A model generated the notes under the pieces. It had not been told where the DNA came from. It saw only the letters and a list, made by a program, of their open reading frames with translations, and did not search any database. Below are positions 32,299-44,889 of a stretch of 64,000 nucleotides of DNA, one piece after another (positions within the stretch are counted from its first letter, which is position 1; each line of letters begins with the position of its first letter). The position numbers were made by a program, and so were the translations under genes. The stretch spans positions 96,001-160,000 of the forward strand of contig JBBQFN010000006.1 in NCBI GenBank assembly GCA_038321985.1, in the 5' to 3' direction. The stretch is from Cyanophyceae cyanobacterium (lineage in GTDB: Bacteria > Cyanobacteriota > Cyanobacteriia > Cyanobacteriales > Laspinemataceae).

Positions 32299-32628
32299 TC
32301 AGTCTGACTTTTCTAGACGAAATAGCCACACCATTAAAGCTACAACCCCAATTTGTAGAGCAAAATTAGGGAGGGCTGCGCCCACGTCACGACCAGCTAA
32401 TAGCTGCGCGAGAAACACAAAAGCACCAATACCTCCGGAGGCACCACAGACGGCGTAAACAAATTTCCGCAACCCTTTATAAGGAGCAGCAGCTTCGGCC
32501 CTTAACCGAGCGTATTTTTCCGGAGGTAGGGATTGTTTAGGAGAGGGTTTCGGTTGGACAGAACGAGGGCGGGTGGCATCAGAAGTGCTGGGGGATTCAT
32601 TTGAGGGGTCCGGAGTTTGATTAGCCAT
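32299..32628 (-). CDS. DUF3493-family membrane protein
   Basis: RLRAEAAAPYKGLRKFVY...ALPNFALQIG. Confidence 0.75.
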   Translation of the reverse strand: MANQTPDPSNESPSTSDATRPRSVQPKPSPKQSLPPEKYARLRAEAAAPYKGLRKFVYAVCGASGGIGAFVFLAQLLAGRDVGAALPNFALQIGVVALMVWLFRLEKSD

Positions 32629-33003
32629 AATCATCGAATCACCAAAAGATAGGGAGGAGGTGTGTCTTCCCATTATCCAGAACAATGGGGATCTCGGAAC
32701 CCAGAAACGTGACTGGCCCCGACTCCTACCGCCCTCAGACTAGCGGGTGAAAACTTAGGTCCCTGGAGAATTTAGGCTTAGGGTTATCGGGGAGGGTAGA
32801 TGAATCGGTAAGATGGGATCGATCGCCTAGCGTTTTCTAAAGCATCACTCTCCGATAAACCGAGCCTTCAACGGCTTAAGTCGTCGGAGTGGGATGATGA
32901 GGGTTGAGCGATCGCTCTGGCGTAGCCTGTGTAGTAACACGCAAGCATCTCTCGGTACAAGAATCGCTCGGGCGGTGTTTAACAAAACATTTATATTGAG
33001 GAC

Positions 33004-34512
33004 ATGGATATCGCATCAGAGAATGCTGCAACAATTGCTATCGTATTTGTCGCCCTAGTCATCTTAGGGTGGGGATATTATCGTGCTAAGGATTTCGGAA
33101 AACTCGGCATTTTAGCCTGGTTACAGTCCCTGGTGCTTATGGTCCCTTGGCTGTTGTTCTTCGGCCTATTCTCCGCCGGAATTTACCTTAACTTAGTCGG
33201 GATTCTGCTGTTAATCCTTGCCTCTTCAGGTTTGTACATCTACCTAGGTAGACAACTGCGGGCGGCGGGTCAGGATGAGGTCCTGCGAGAACGGGCCGCC
33301 AAACGGTTGCAGTCCTCTCAGCCGGACCCACCGGCTAACCCAGGGAATCAAGCTGTGAGTGGAGTTGAAGAACAACTCCGGACCCTACCCCCGGAATTTG
33401 TCAGAATTCCCGAAGAAGACCTTAAAAAGATTCAGGGGATTTTTGGCATCGATACCTTCTTTGCTACGGAAACCATTTCCTATCAAGAAGGCGCAATTTT
33501 TAGAGGAAACCTAAGAGGGGACCCGGATGAGGCTTACGATCGCCTATCTCAGACCCTGCAAGAACGGATGGGCGATCGCTATCGGCTATTTTTAGTCCCC
33601 AATCCGGACGAAAAACCCGTGGCGATCGTCTTACCAAGTACCTCCGATCCCAAACCCACCACCCGAGGACAAAAAATCCTAGCGGTTGTTTTATTCGTGG
33701 CAACCATTGCTACCAGTTTAGAAACCGCTGGATTATTCCTGGGGTTCGACTTTTTTACCAATGTCCAACGGTTTGGGGAAGTGCTACCCCTGACCCTGGG
33801 AATCTGGGCGGTGTTACTGTCCCATGAGTTCGCCCACCGATTTATAGCCCATAAAAATAACGTCCGTTTAAGCTGGCCGTTTTTCATCCCCACTTGGCAA
33901 ATCGGTTCCTTTGGGGCTATCAATCGCTTTGAGACCCTTTTACCGAATCGAACTGTATTGTTTGATGTGGCCTTTGCTGGCCCCGCTGCCGGTGGATTGG
34001 TCTCCTTGACCCTGCTGATCGTCGGTTTAGTTCTCTCCCAAGAAGGCAGCTTATTCCAAATTCCGGCTGAGTTTTTCCAAGGTTCTGTGTTAGTCGGCAC
34101 CTTAGCAAAAGTCGTACTGGGTGAGGCACTGAATCAACCCTTGGTGTCTGTACATCCAATGATGGTAATTGGTTGGCTAGGTTTGGTCATTACCGCAATT
34201 AACCTCCTGCCTGCGGGCCAGTTAGATGGGGGTCGGATTGTCCAGTCAGTGTATGGGCGAACCATTGCAGGACGGGCAACGATCGCCACAGCGATTGTCC
34301 TAGCGATCGCGGCCTTTTTCAACCCTCTGGCCTTGTATTGGGCGATCGTGATTCTGTTCTTACAACGGGGGTTGGAACGCCCTAGTTTGAACGAACTGAA
34401 AGAACCCGATGATGCCCGTGCAGCATTGGCTTTGTTGGTCTTATTTTTGACCATCGCTACCTTATTACCCCTAAGCTCAGCTTTGGCCGGTCGTTTGGGA
34501 ATTGGCGGATAA
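33004..34512 (+). CDS. Site-2 protease (M50, EGY-like)
   Basis: GNLRG, HEFAH, NLLPAGQLDGG. Confidence 0.92.
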   Translation: MDIASENAATIAIVFVALVILGWGYYRAKDFGKLGILAWLQSLVLMVPWLLFFGLFSAGIYLNLVGILLLILASSGLYIYLGRQLRAAGQDEVLRERAAKRLQSSQPDPPANPGNQAVSGVEEQLRTLPPEFVRIPEEDLKKIQGIFGIDTFFATETISYQEGAIFRGNLRGDPDEAYDRLSQTLQERMGDRYRLFLVPNPDEKPVAIVLPSTSDPKPTTRGQKILAVVLFVATIATSLETAGLFLGFDFFTNVQRFGEVLPLTLGIWAVLLSHEFAHRFIAHKNNVRLSWPFFIPTWQIGSFGAINRFETLLPNRTVLFDVAFAGPAAGGLVSLTLLIVGLVLSQEGSLFQIPAEFFQGSVLVGTLAKVVLGEALNQPLVSVHPMMVIGWLGLVITAINLLPAGQLDGGRIVQSVYGRTIAGRATIATAIVLAIAAFFNPLALYWAIVILFLQRGLERPSLNELKEPDDARAALALLVLFLTIATLLPLSSALAGRLGIGG

Positions 34513-34523
34513 TAATAGAAGGA

Positions 34524-34570
34524 GAAAGCGCGAAAGAGGACCGAGAAAAATGCCTAACTTTCGCGCTTTC
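34524..34570 (+). terminator. Hairpin after the S2P gene
   Basis: GAAAGCGCGAAAG...CTTTCGCGCTTTC followed by a pyrimidine tract. Confidence 0.55.
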
Positions 34571-34599
34571 CTTTTCCTCTTTTACCCCCCTTTAACATC

Positions 34600-35487
34600 A
34601 TGAGTGCTCGACCCCAGATCCTACTTGTTTTTGATACGACTAGCTTGTTAGCCGGTGATAGCAAGGCTTGGAAAGATTACAAACGGGTGGGGACTTGTTT
34701 CGTCCCCAAAGTCGTTTTTGAAGCCCTGCAACATTTCGCCGATCGCGCTGCCGAACCGGGACAGGAGAAGGTAGCGAAAGAGTTTATGGCATTTTGGCCC
34801 AAAAGTGGTTGGCAGCAAACTACCGCCACCGCCACCCATCGTAAATTAGAACCCGCAGAGGGTGCGTCAATTAGCCTTACTGCGCGGTTAAGTTTGGAGA
34901 TTGCCTGCGCTGCCTATGGTGTGGCCCTAGAACGGGAGAATGCGATCGTGGTTTTTGTCTGCAATGGACAACCTCTTCTCAAACGGATCCATGCCTTACG
35001 GCAAAATAATCTGTGTGGGATTACCTCCTCGATGTTGTTGCAGTGGTCCCGGGCTCAGAAGGAACCGGAGGTGGTGACTCAGCAGTTAGAGAGATGGGAA
35101 CAAAGCGATGATACATCGGGATTGAGCACTTCATCCAAAGCGCGATCGCCTTCAAAAGTCAGTCCTAAAAAAGCTGCCGTTCCCCGCAAATCTGCCGTCA
35201 AGCGTCCACCTGCCAAGCGATCGCAATCGATCCCTGTCTTTGAAGAGATAGTCGATGATTCGTCGTATCTCCAAAATCGCCGAGGTGGGTTTCAAGTCAA
35301 ATCTAAAAAATCTAATATTTTCGCCCAACTGAGTTCCGCACTGGTGGCCTTAGCAATGGCAGCCTTCATGATCAGTGTAATTGGGTTTATGTGGAAAATG
35401 GCCTTTCCCGAAACCTTTAATCCCTTTTGGCAAAACCAAATTCAGCCCCAGTTAAAGAAATTACCTCCCATTCCCGGAGTTTCATAA
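34600..35487 (+). CDS. PIN-like domain protein with C-terminal TM
   Basis: LLVFDTTSLL...CFVPKVVFEAL N-terminus; Ser/Lys linker; TM. Confidence 0.7.
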   Translation: MSARPQILLVFDTTSLLAGDSKAWKDYKRVGTCFVPKVVFEALQHFADRAAEPGQEKVAKEFMAFWPKSGWQQTTATATHRKLEPAEGASISLTARLSLEIACAAYGVALERENAIVVFVCNGQPLLKRIHALRQNNLCGITSSMLLQWSRAQKEPEVVTQQLERWEQSDDTSGLSTSSKARSPSKVSPKKAAVPRKSAVKRPPAKRSQSIPVFEEIVDDSSYLQNRRGGFQVKSKKSNIFAQLSSALVALAMAAFMISVIGFMWKMAFPETFNPFWQNQIQPQLKKLPPIPGVS

Positions 35488-35586
35488 TCATCCGTCTGCA
35501 AAAAACCACCCATTAAAGAGTGCAGCTACACAGAAAAAGCCTGACTCCCCAGGCTCTTTTTTAAGATTAGAATTTTCTTACCGTTC

Positions 35587-35657
35587 GTAGTAACGACTTG
35601 CTGTCGTTATTCTTTATTCTGGGTTCGTAGTAGAGACGCCCAATTTGGCATCTCTAC
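35587..35657. repeat. Pair of REP-like GTAG palindromes
   Basis: GTAGTAACGAC..GTCGTTATTC and GTAGAGACGCC..GGCATCTCTAC, both within a GTTCGTAGTA context. Confidence 0.65.
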
Positions 35658-36283
35658 ATTCGTTTTTTACGCTTTACCGCCACCCCTTTGTACATATAGC
35701 CCACAGTTTTTGGAATCTTAGGCGCATAAAAGCGATCGAGTTGCAAAATCTGAAACTGATTTTCTACTAAACTTTGAATCGGACGGTTCAGATGGCATCC
35801 GTCCCCTACTATTTTTTGCACAGGAGTGAGAAAATTTTGCCAACCTTGAATCTGCGGTTCATTACTCAATCCATGTTCGATAAAGAAGAATTTTCCTCCT
35901 GGTTTGAGAACTCGATTAATTTCGGCTAAAGCACGTTCCACTTGGGCAATACTGCACAAAGTCCAAGTGCTAACCACACTATCAAAAGTTTCATTTTTAA
36001 AGGGTAAATCTTCGCCACTGAGTATCCGGACCTCTACATCGATATCCGAGGATTCAATCCGGTTTTTGGCTAATTTATTCATCCCTGGATTAGGATCTAC
36101 AGTGGTCAGCTTTTGCACAGTGTCGGGATAATAGGCCAAGTTTAATCCAGTCCCAAACCCAATTTCTAAAACCTTTCCGGATACATCCGATAAGACTTCT
36201 TTTCGATAGTGGGAGAGGCGCGGGTCTGACATGGTAATATCCATCAGTTTGGGGAGGATAACCCGTGAATAAAAATTTATCAT
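35654..36283 (-). CDS. Class I SAM-dependent methyltransferase
   Basis: VLEIGFGTGLN, FDSVVSTWTLCS, RVLKPGG. Confidence 0.9.
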   Translation of the reverse strand: MINFYSRVILPKLMDITMSDPRLSHYRKEVLSDVSGKVLEIGFGTGLNLAYYPDTVQKLTTVDPNPGMNKLAKNRIESSDIDVEVRILSGEDLPFKNETFDSVVSTWTLCSIAQVERALAEINRVLKPGGKFFFIEHGLSNEPQIQGWQNFLTPVQKIVGDGCHLNRPIQSLVENQFQILQLDRFYAPKIPKTVGYMYKGVAVKRKKRM

Positions 36284-36456
36284 TAATCCGAATCAGGTTT
36301 GGGTAAATTGGGAGATATTATAGGAAATTTTTATAGGGATTTTTAGGGTTAACGGGAGGAAATGAGCCAGCTAAAAGAGCGTACGATAAAAGGGGCGATT
36401 CCTGTCTTTTTACTATTTAAATTCAGAGACTGAGTAACTCCATTAATTTTGATAGT

Positions 36457-39400
36457 TTAAGAATTGACTAGAGATAAGGCTTTAATTAACTCTTCGACCC
36501 GAATAGGTTTAGTGATGTAATCATCCATGCCAGCCGCTAAACATATTTCCCGATCGCCTTGCATAGCATTGGCAGTCATGGCAACAATTCTCGGTTTATT
36601 CAAATGTAAACGGGTCGCATATTTTTCGCATATTTTACGGGTGGCTTCTAACCCATCCATTTCTGGCATTTGTATGTCCATCAGAACGACATCGTAGGAC
36701 AACCTTTGTAAGGCTTCTAAGACTTCGAGTCCATTACTGGCGACATCGGCACGATATCCCATCCGGTTCAATATTCGCAAAGCAACTTTTTGATTGACGA
36801 TATTATCTTCGGCTAATAAAATCCTTAAAGGAAGCCGTTTAGCCATTTCTCCATCAATAAAAGACCCCTTGGAACGCGGTACCGAATCATATTTAACCGG
36901 AGTTTGGGAGGAAATATCATCAAAAACTCGGACTAAAGTATTATAAAATTGAGACTGTTTGAGCGGTTTATTAATAAAAGCGGCAAATTTAACAAAAATT
37001 CCCTCCACTTCTAACTGTTCCGGTTTACCCATTGAGGTAAACATTACCAAAGGGAGGGATTGCCATTGGGGTTGGGTTTGAATCCTCGCACCCAGGGTTA
37101 ATCCATCCATTTCGGGCATTTGCATATCCAAAATAGCGAGGTCAAAATGATTGCTTGCTTCTAAAATAGCTAAGGCTTCCGAACCCGATGCAGCGACGTG
37201 CGGAAACATTCCCCAATTCTGAGTTTGTTTGAGCAAGATTTGTTGATTGGTGGCGTTATCATCGACGATTAGGAGTTTTTTCCCCTTCAAAAGTGGCCGA
37301 TCGCTGGGTTGATATTCTGGGGCATTGACGACCCCGGGGATGGAGTAAGCAATTAAGGTAAAATAGAAGGTAGAACCCACCCCTTCCTCGCTTTCAATCC
37401 ACATTTTACCGCCCATTAATTCACTTAAGCGCTTGCAAATTGCCAGCCCGAGCCCGGTGCCGCCAAACTGACGAGTGGTAGAAGCATCGACTTGAGAAAA
37501 GGGTAAAAAGAGGCGATCGCGGCGATGGGCGGGGATGCCGATTCCGGTATCTCGAATGGCAAATTCAAACTCGTAAGCAAGGGCGGTGGAAAAATCCTTA
37601 TGTAGCGGGTGTAATGGGGAGGGAATTTCTAAATTGGGGGGAACTAAATCAATGCTAGCTTCTGCTTCAGAAACTGAAGAGACAAGGGGGTTAGCCGTTA
37701 CCGATACGACAATTTCGCCAGTTTGGATAAATTTGACAGAATTTCCAATTAAATTAACTAAAATTTGCCGTAGACGAGTGACATCGGAGATAATATGTTT
37801 CGGGGTAAAAGAGTCTAGCTGATACAGTAATTCTAATCCCTTTTCCGCAGTTTTTGGAGCGAATAAATCCAAAGCCTCTTCGATACAATTTTGTAAATTA
37901 AAGGGATGATTTTCCAGTTCTAGTTTGCCGGATTCAATTTTAGAAAAGTCGAGAATATCGTTAATAATGGTGAGCAAGGCATCGCCACTGGTGCGAATAG
38001 TATCAATATAATCCTGCTGTTCGTCGGTTAAATTCATGTCCAACAATAACCCAGTCATCCCAATGACTGCATTCATGGGGGTGCGGATTTCGTGACTCAT
38101 GGTGGCGAGAAATTCGCTCTTGGCACGGTTGGCAACTTCAGCGGATTCTTGGGCTTGTTTTAAGGCTTGATTTTGCTCGGCGAGTTGCGATCGCGCTTGT
38201 CGTTCCCGATCAAGTAGTTCCGATTGAGCTATGGCAATACCGACTTGCACGGCTACGGCTTCTAGTAACTCAATTTCCTGGAATTCCCAATGCCGAAAGC
38301 GATCGCATTGATGTAAGCCAATTGTACCATTGGGTTCTCCTTGATAAGAGGTGCGAACCGCTAACAAGGATTTGATTTGAAATTGATGGCACAGGGGGAT
38401 TACGTCCCGGAGCAAGGGTTCGATATTAATATCATCATAAGAGACGGCGCGATCGCGGGCAAAAACCTTTTGAAGGTAGGGATTGTCTTGCAACGAAATT
38501 TTGAAGGGCATCATTGATGGATACCCAGGTTCTAAATATTCGGCCACGCTATGGACCATTTCATCCTCTTGTATATAAGACAAAATTATACAGCGCTCAA
38601 CGCCAAAGCCCCGCCCAATTAAATCGGTAGTGGTTTGTAAAATATGTTGGGTATCTAAACTTTGGCGGATTTCTCGGGTAATTTGCCCCAGTAATAACGT
38701 GCGTTGATATTCGGCACGGAATGCATTCTGAGCGGTATCGCGTTCGATTTCCCCCCCGATCCATTGCGCCATCAAGGTCACCAGTTGACGATCAACATCT
38801 TTAAAAGCGGTAGGGTGATCGAGGCGGGTGGAAAAGCTGAGGGTGCCGTACACTTCGGAGGCAACGAGAATCGGAGTGCCAATATAGGCTTGGAGTTTAC
38901 GGATTTGATAGGCGGGATGCTTTTGCCAAACTTCGGATTGGGCAGCGCATTCGATACAGAGTGTAGACTGTTCTAAAATGGTATCAGCGTCATAAGTTTG
39001 ACTTAAATTAAACGAATCTCCGGGGAAGAGTTTAAACAAGCTGTTGGACGGATAGCAGGCAGCGACAATTTCATAGCGATCGCCGTCAATCCGACCCAAC
39101 ATCCCAATCTCTAAATTAAATCGCTGACATCCCATTGCTAACATTCGCTCCAGCCGCTCTTGCAAGCTCAAATCCACTGATGCTTGCACCTCAATGAGCG
39201 ATCGCAATGCCGCCTCACTTTCGCGCTGTTCTGCTTCGATGCGTTTGCGATCGCTGATGTCGCTGCCAATCCCCAAAAATCCGGTAATTTCCCCCCTAGC
39301 GTCGCACAATACCGAGATGGATAACAACACCGGAAACCGACTCCCATCTTTGCGGATGTAAGACCATTCGCCTTCGGCAGGTTTGCCGGGCTGTACTTTC

Positions 39401-40230
39401 GCTATAAACACATCAAACCCCGGCTCGATCTCAACGCCCAATTCTGCCGAAAGCTGTTGAGCTCGCTCGACTACTTCCAGGGGGTCATGTATAATTGCCG
39501 GACTCATTTTCCCGACCATTTCTTCAGCCGTATAACCTAACCATTGTTCAGCGGTGGCATTAAACGTATAAATAATCCCATCAATCCCCGTTGAGATAAT
39601 CGTATAGTTGGCACTATCTAAAATCGCCTGTTGCAGGGTTGCAGTTTGTTGAAGTAGGTTCGGACTGGGCGGTTGCTCTCCACTGTCGCCCGAAACCGTT
39701 GGGGGAGGTTCCTCTGCCTCCGGGGGTTGCTGGAATTGCGCCTGATCCCCTAGAATCTCGGTGAAGTGACTCTCCTGAATCAAGGTCAGGGTTTTTCCCG
39801 TCAGGGGGTCGGGGATGTGGCGCAGGGCAACTGCGGGGGTTCTTAACTCCTGCATCCCTTGTAATTCCCCGCCACAGAGGGCGGCAATCTGAGGACTCAC
39901 CCCCTCTACTAACAAAGCCAGACGTCCCTGGGAAATCTCAATCCCAGAACAGAGACAGGGAATCTGAATCGCTTTCCCCTGGGTATAAAATGTCCACTGT
40001 TCGATCGCCACTTCCCCGGATTTCAACCGTTGGCAATACCCCTTCAATCGACTCCGACTCGCCCCTAAAATCTCGCTAAAATTTCGCTGCCGCAGTTCTT
40101 CCAAACTCGCCGCACCCCAGAGTTGCAACGCTGATTCGTTAGCCCACCACATTTGCAACCGTTCGAGGTCAAACACCCAAACAGGCGATCGAAATAAGGA
40201 AGAGCAAGGGGGCAGAGTAGAGTTGGTCAC
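36457..40230 (-). CDS. Hybrid histidine kinase (PAS-GAF-GAF-HisKA-HATPase-REC-REC)
   Basis: [22 protein letters not shown]; two receivers with LDMQMP and MDIQMP. Confidence 0.93.
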   Translation of the reverse strand: MTNSTLPPCSSLFRSPVWVFDLERLQMWWANESALQLWGAASLEELRQRNFSEILGASRSRLKGYCQRLKSGEVAIEQWTFYTQGKAIQIPCLCSGIEISQGRLALLVEGVSPQIAALCGGELQGMQELRTPAVALRHIPDPLTGKTLTLIQESHFTEILGDQAQFQQPPEAEEPPPTVSGDSGEQPPSPNLLQQTATLQQAILDSANYTIISTGIDGIIYTFNATAEQWLGYTAEEMVGKMSPAIIHDPLEVVERAQQLSAELGVEIEPGFDVFIAKVQPGKPAEGEWSYIRKDGSRFPVLLSISVLCDARGEITGFLGIGSDISDRKRIEAEQRESEAALRSLIEVQASVDLSLQERLERMLAMGCQRFNLEIGMLGRIDGDRYEIVAACYPSNSLFKLFPGDSFNLSQTYDADTILEQSTLCIECAAQSEVWQKHPAYQIRKLQAYIGTPILVASEVYGTLSFSTRLDHPTAFKDVDRQLVTLMAQWIGGEIERDTAQNAFRAEYQRTLLLGQITREIRQSLDTQHILQTTTDLIGRGFGVERCIILSYIQEDEMVHSVAEYLEPGYPSMMPFKISLQDNPYLQKVFARDRAVSYDDINIEPLLRDVIPLCHQFQIKSLLAVRTSYQGEPNGTIGLHQCDRFRHWEFQEIELLEAVAVQVGIAIAQSELLDRERQARSQLAEQNQALKQAQESAEVANRAKSEFLATMSHEIRTPMNAVIGMTGLLLDMNLTDEQQDYIDTIRTSGDALLTIINDILDFSKIESGKLELENHPFNLQNCIEEALDLFAPKTAEKGLELLYQLDSFTPKHIISDVTRLRQILVNLIGNSVKFIQTGEIVVSVTANPLVSSVSEAEASIDLVPPNLEIPSPLHPLHKDFSTALAYEFEFAIRDTGIGIPAHRRDRLFLPFSQVDASTTRQFGGTGLGLAICKRLSELMGGKMWIESEEGVGSTFYFTLIAYSIPGVVNAPEYQPSDRPLLKGKKLLIVDDNATNQQILLKQTQNWGMFPHVAASGSEALAILEASNHFDLAILDMQMPEMDGLTLGARIQTQPQWQSLPLVMFTSMGKPEQLEVEGIFVKFAAFINKPLKQSQFYNTLVRVFDDISSQTPVKYDSVPRSKGSFIDGEMAKRLPLRILLAEDNIVNQKVALRILNRMGYRADVASNGLEVLEALQRLSYDVVLMDIQMPEMDGLEATRKICEKYATRLHLNKPRIVAMTANAMQGDREICLAAGMDDYITKPIRVEELIKALSLVNS

Positions 40231-40459
40231 GACAGTTTCAATGATTTCTTAGATATAGCGAGTCTAACTTAATTTTTAAGCAGCGAGACACTTCTAGCCC
40301 TTTCCCGACTACTCCAATTCATTTAAAGGCATAATCGCTATCGATCTATCACCTCATCCTTTAATGATTGGGCTGGCAAATCTTCACCAGGTCCACACCC
40401 TTTCCCCTCCGATGGAGAATCATCCCTAGACCCCCGGATAAATCGGAGAAACTCTTTAC

Positions 40460-43400
40460 TTATGTTTTAGGGGGGAGAGATTGAGTGCAAGTTCCCAGGC
40501 AGTCTACCTGAGATTCTAAAAGTAACAACAAGGGGGTGATATCTTCAAAAACCCGGTCCTTCACCCGGCCCTCTATTTGGGCAGAAATCGCCCCTAGAGG
40601 CCGAGCGCCCATATTCCAGCTAGCTCCTTTAATCCGGTGAGCTTTTAACTCCACCGTGCTCCAATCCTGGCGATCGCAGGCTGATCGAATCACTTCAATA
40701 TCCCCACGCAGGCTATCCACAAAGGCTCGCAACAGGCGCTCTTGCAATTCTAGTTTACCTCGGGAAATCTGCTGGAGACGGTCCCAATCAATGGGCGGTT
40801 CTTCCTTATTCCCCCGGGATAAATCATTGGCTAACAAAGACCCTGGCGGTTCTATGGAATCAGGAACGTTCACACTCTGGCTGAGACTGGCTTCAAGATG
40901 TTCGTGGTCCGAAGCCAGACTGGACTCGGGGCGTTGAATCGGTACAATCTGGGGAATCCAGCGATCGAGTGCCGCCTGTAATTGCTCCAGGAGAACAGGT
41001 TTGCTAATGTAGTCATCCATTCCCGCAGCTAGACACTTATCCCGATCGCTTTTCATCGCATGAGCCGTCAAAGCAATCACAATGGTATGACGATCGCTTC
41101 CTTCGCGCTGACGGAGTTCGCGGGTCACGTCATAGCCATCTTTCATCGGCATCTGACAATCCATAAACACGAGATCGTAATCATGGTGGCCCGTTAGGCG
41201 ATCGAGGGCTTCAAAACCATTTTTGACACAATCGGCATCATAGCCCAACAAATTGAGTTGAGACAGAATTACTTGTTGATTGATCTCGTGATCTTCGGCG
41301 ATTAAGATTTTAATCAAGGAGAGGCTGGGAGGGGCTAAGGGGAAGGCAGAACCGGAGAATGTTTCCCGATCAGAGCCTCGGGCGCGGCAACTGAGGTCCC
41401 CCTCAGGAGCTAAGACCCGCTGCAAGCTTTCTACAAACTGTGACCCGCGTAATGGCTTGATGATATAAGCACTCACCCACTGTTGGGCTAAGGCTTCAGC
41501 GATCGCCCGTTGATTAAACTGAGCCAGGGCGATCGTGCGGGTTGTCGCCAACTTTGGCTCCAATCGCAGGGCTTGTAATAGGGTCGAGTCACCGGCAAGC
41601 AAGTTTACACTGGCTAAGAGGGCATGATAGGGGTCTCCCGCCTCAGCCGCCCTTCGCAAGGCACTTAAGGCGCTGGGATCGTCCGTGGCTTGATCAACGG
41701 TAATTCCCCAGCGATCGGCAAAATGCTTTACAGACTGACGATGCATAGCGCTTTCATCGGCAACTAGCAGCTTGAGCGACTTAATCTTGAAGGGTGCGAG
41801 ATGGGATTTCTCCTCGGAAATCCGATTCGGCTGTAGAGGCAAAGTGACGGTAAACCAAAAGGTAGAACCGTGATTCAATTCGCTCTCGACCCCAATCTGC
41901 CCCTGCATCAGTTCCACCAATTGTTTAGAGATGGCGAGTCCTAACCCAGTTCCCCCATACTTGCGGGTAGAGGAACTATCCACCTGTGAAAACGATTGAA
42001 ACAACTTATTTTGGTCCTGGGGCAAAATCCCAATCCCCGTATCGGTTACTGCAAATCGCAGGGTCACGGTAGGTTGTGCCGTCGGGGACTGTAAATCTGG
42101 GCTTGAGTTGGAATCAAAGTCCGATACTGCCGTTACGGCGATCGCCACTTCCCCAACTTCCGTAAATTTAATCGCATTATTCACTAAATTTAGCAAAATC
42201 TGACGCAACCGCGCCGGATCCCCAAATAGATGTCGCGGAACATTGCGATCGATAAAAATTCCCAGATCAAGACCTTTTTCTTGGGCCGGAGCCACCATCA
42301 AATCTACCACGGATTCTATACATTCGTCCAACTCAAAATCAATCGGGCTAAGATGCATTTCTCGCGCTTCTAATTTAGAAAAGTCGAGAATATCGTTAAT
42401 CACCGTTAATAAATGTTCGGCACTGGAAAAAATAGTTTGAGCGTAGTGTTTTTGTTGGGGGCTTAACTCCGTCGCTAGAAGCAACCCAGTCATCCCAATT
42501 ACCCCATTCATCGGGGTCCGTATTTCGTGGCTCATACTCGCTAGAAACTCACTTTTGGCACGATTGGCGGCAACCGCTGCCTGTTTCATATCCGCTAAAA
42601 TTGCGTTTTGTTTTGCCAGCTTTTCGGAGATGCGGGTTTGTTCTTCTAGTAGTTGGGCTTGGGAAAGGGCGATGCTAACTTGATTGGCAAGTTGTTGCAG
42701 CAGTTCAGTCTCGAATTGTGTCCACTGGCGCGGGGTCGAGCATTGATGGGCAATCAGCAACCCCCACAGTCGTTCCCGAAGCGGCTCTTCGGGAGCATCC
42801 CGTTGGAGTAATGGCACAACGAGATTAGCTTTGACCCCGATGCTTCTTAATAAATCAGCATAACAGGGATGAACCTGGGCCGATTCTACATCAGAAATGG
42901 CGTTGACTCGTCCCGATTTATACTGCTCTAAATAGGTTGTGGGAAAGCAGGTATCGTTAATCTGGCTTCCGAATAGAGGCTCACAGCTTTCGACAGCGGC
43001 TTCTTTGACCACTATCCCGCTTCCATCCGGCAACAGTTGAAAGACAATCGCTCGATCAGCGTGGAGAACTTGCCGCACTTCTTCCACGGTAGTTTGAAGA
43101 ATTTCTCCAATATCTAAGGATTGACGAATTTTAATCGTCAATTCTGCAAAGAGTTGAGAGCGTTGGTTCTGTTTGATAATTTCCTCCTGGGCTTCTACCC
43201 AATCGGTAATGTCTTCAGAAATTCCCATGAGATATTGTGGGGTGTTAGTTTCATCGAAAATGGGGACTTTTCGGGTATGGAGTAGTCTCATCCCTTGGTG
43301 TGGCGTTTGAACGATTTCTAAAGGAATATCTGCCATTTGTTTTGCCAAGAGCGCTTGCTGATCGCTTTGAGTAAAAAAATCGGCTTCTTCTGGATTAAAT

Positions 43401-44074
43401 AAGTCATAGTTGGTTTGCCCTAAAACTTGATCTTGGGAGTAGCCAAACTGCTGTTCGCTGGCTTTATTCCACCGAATAAATTCGAGGGTTTTCGCGTCTT
43501 TGATAAACAAGCCGAGGGGCATATTTTCAATTATGGAGTTTAAAAAATTTTTTGTTTTTGATAATTCCGCTTCAACTTCCTTGCGTTGGGTGATATCGAA
43601 AAGCACTCCACAGAAGGGGTCGGGTAGAAAAGAAAGATTAGGGGGAGGGGGTAAATGGGGAAGAAGAGGGAGATTCCGCTTAACAATACTGCGGGGCGAA
43701 TGGAACAGGGGGGTGATTTCTGGGCGATCGCTGAGGTCCTCGGGAGTCAGGGTTTTTAGAGGGGCGTTCATCCTGGGTTTCCGGAAGATGGAGAGGGCGA
43801 TTAAGCTAACAACGATCAGGTTGCCGATCGCCAGGGCGATCGCCAGGGATTCTCGATGGACGAGGAAGAAGGAGGACCCGATTCCAGCCCTATCTAAGAT
43901 GCTAAGGAGGATTAGGCCCACGGATGGGGCGATAGCGATGCTCCCGAGGACCTGTTTCTTGTTCACTATTCCCTCGTTCCCCCGCTTAATTTCTGCTATA
44001 TTTTGCTTCATAACTTCACCATTGCTAACCCACATTCCCACCCCCGAGGCGATCTCCATCACCCGCAGGGACAA
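40460..44074 (-). CDS. Hybrid histidine kinase with DXCF cyanobacteriochrome GAF, pseudo-REC, REC and Hpt
   Basis: PAS; GAF with INDTCF and [28 protein letters not shown] Hpt; start uncertain. Confidence 0.9.
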   Translation of the reverse strand: MSLRVMEIASGVGMWVSNGEVMKQNIAEIKRGNEGIVNKKQVLGSIAIAPSVGLILLSILDRAGIGSSFFLVHRESLAIALAIGNLIVVSLIALSIFRKPRMNAPLKTLTPEDLSDRPEITPLFHSPRSIVKRNLPLLPHLPPPPNLSFLPDPFCGVLFDITQRKEVEAELSKTKNFLNSIIENMPLGLFIKDAKTLEFIRWNKASEQQFGYSQDQVLGQTNYDLFNPEEADFFTQSDQQALLAKQMADIPLEIVQTPHQGMRLLHTRKVPIFDETNTPQYLMGISEDITDWVEAQEEIIKQNQRSQLFAELTIKIRQSLDIGEILQTTVEEVRQVLHADRAIVFQLLPDGSGIVVKEAAVESCEPLFGSQINDTCFPTTYLEQYKSGRVNAISDVESAQVHPCYADLLRSIGVKANLVVPLLQRDAPEEPLRERLWGLLIAHQCSTPRQWTQFETELLQQLANQVSIALSQAQLLEEQTRISEKLAKQNAILADMKQAAVAANRAKSEFLASMSHEIRTPMNGVIGMTGLLLATELSPQQKHYAQTIFSSAEHLLTVINDILDFSKLEAREMHLSPIDFELDECIESVVDLMVAPAQEKGLDLGIFIDRNVPRHLFGDPARLRQILLNLVNNAIKFTEVGEVAIAVTAVSDFDSNSSPDLQSPTAQPTVTLRFAVTDTGIGILPQDQNKLFQSFSQVDSSSTRKYGGTGLGLAISKQLVELMQGQIGVESELNHGSTFWFTVTLPLQPNRISEEKSHLAPFKIKSLKLLVADESAMHRQSVKHFADRWGITVDQATDDPSALSALRRAAEAGDPYHALLASVNLLAGDSTLLQALRLEPKLATTRTIALAQFNQRAIAEALAQQWVSAYIIKPLRGSQFVESLQRVLAPEGDLSCRARGSDRETFSGSAFPLAPPSLSLIKILIAEDHEINQQVILSQLNLLGYDADCVKNGFEALDRLTGHHDYDLVFMDCQMPMKDGYDVTRELRQREGSDRHTIVIALTAHAMKSDRDKCLAAGMDDYISKPVLLEQLQAALDRWIPQIVPIQRPESSLASDHEHLEASLSQSVNVPDSIEPPGSLLANDLSRGNKEEPPIDWDRLQQISRGKLELQERLLRAFVDSLRGDIEVIRSACDRQDWSTVELKAHRIKGASWNMGARPLGAISAQIEGRVKDRVFEDITPLLLLLESQVDCLGTCTQSLPPKT

Positions 44075-44889
44075 GCATTATCCTAACTCCACCGCCAAGG
44101 GATTGGTTCCTCAATAATGGGGGGTATGATCCAGTACATTCCCGCGATCGTACCGTCGCAATTGTCACACCCTCTCCCCTGCGAACCCCCATCCGTAAAT
44201 GCACTATTGTAAGGATCTTAGCTGCCGGTTAACACCCTCTCCCGTGAGGGAGCTATTACTTTTCCCTGGCACACATTCATCACTTTGACAGTTCCTCCAT
44301 TTCACAGAGCACTGGCGGATAGACTCCATTTAGCCCTCTTTTGATTCCGGCTACTTTACCTTTAAATATTAATACCTGTTGACCCTCTTTTTACTTTATT
44401 ACTCCTTTTTGTCGAAGATTTATTTTCGATACAAAGTTTTAATCTATCTTTAGGGAGATGACATTCAAAAAAATCTTTACTAATGTCTTTTTTTTATAAG
44501 ATTTAACCCTAATTTTAGACCCTGCATCATGGGTTCAAATATCCAATAAATGGTAAGTTATTATTTTAGTTTTTAGCTCCACTGATTTATAAAAGTTATT
44601 TAAGAGTTATTTATCCTAAAATCTTAAAAAGTGATGTAGATAACAGCTATTTTTCACAAAGGCTGTTATGCCCGTATTGTCCCTTCCGTTAGAAATGGAT
44701 TGAGTTGAGCTCAGTTCCCCAAAATTTCCCTTTCTCCCGGGCAGAATCTTCCCCAACCTCATCTTACCTGCTTCTAAAAATCCCGTCTTGAACCCTAAAT
44801 TTATACCCCTGGCTCCCCCTAGCTTGAGGGGGACCTCTTCCCCCTTAGGTCAGAAGTCTAGTCAAGGAAAACCCCTCGGCGATCGCCCT

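Noticed and set aside
44168..44245. 12-bp direct repeat ACACCCTCTCCC upstream of the CBCR kinase
   Set aside because: Only two low-complexity copies with no recognisable motif
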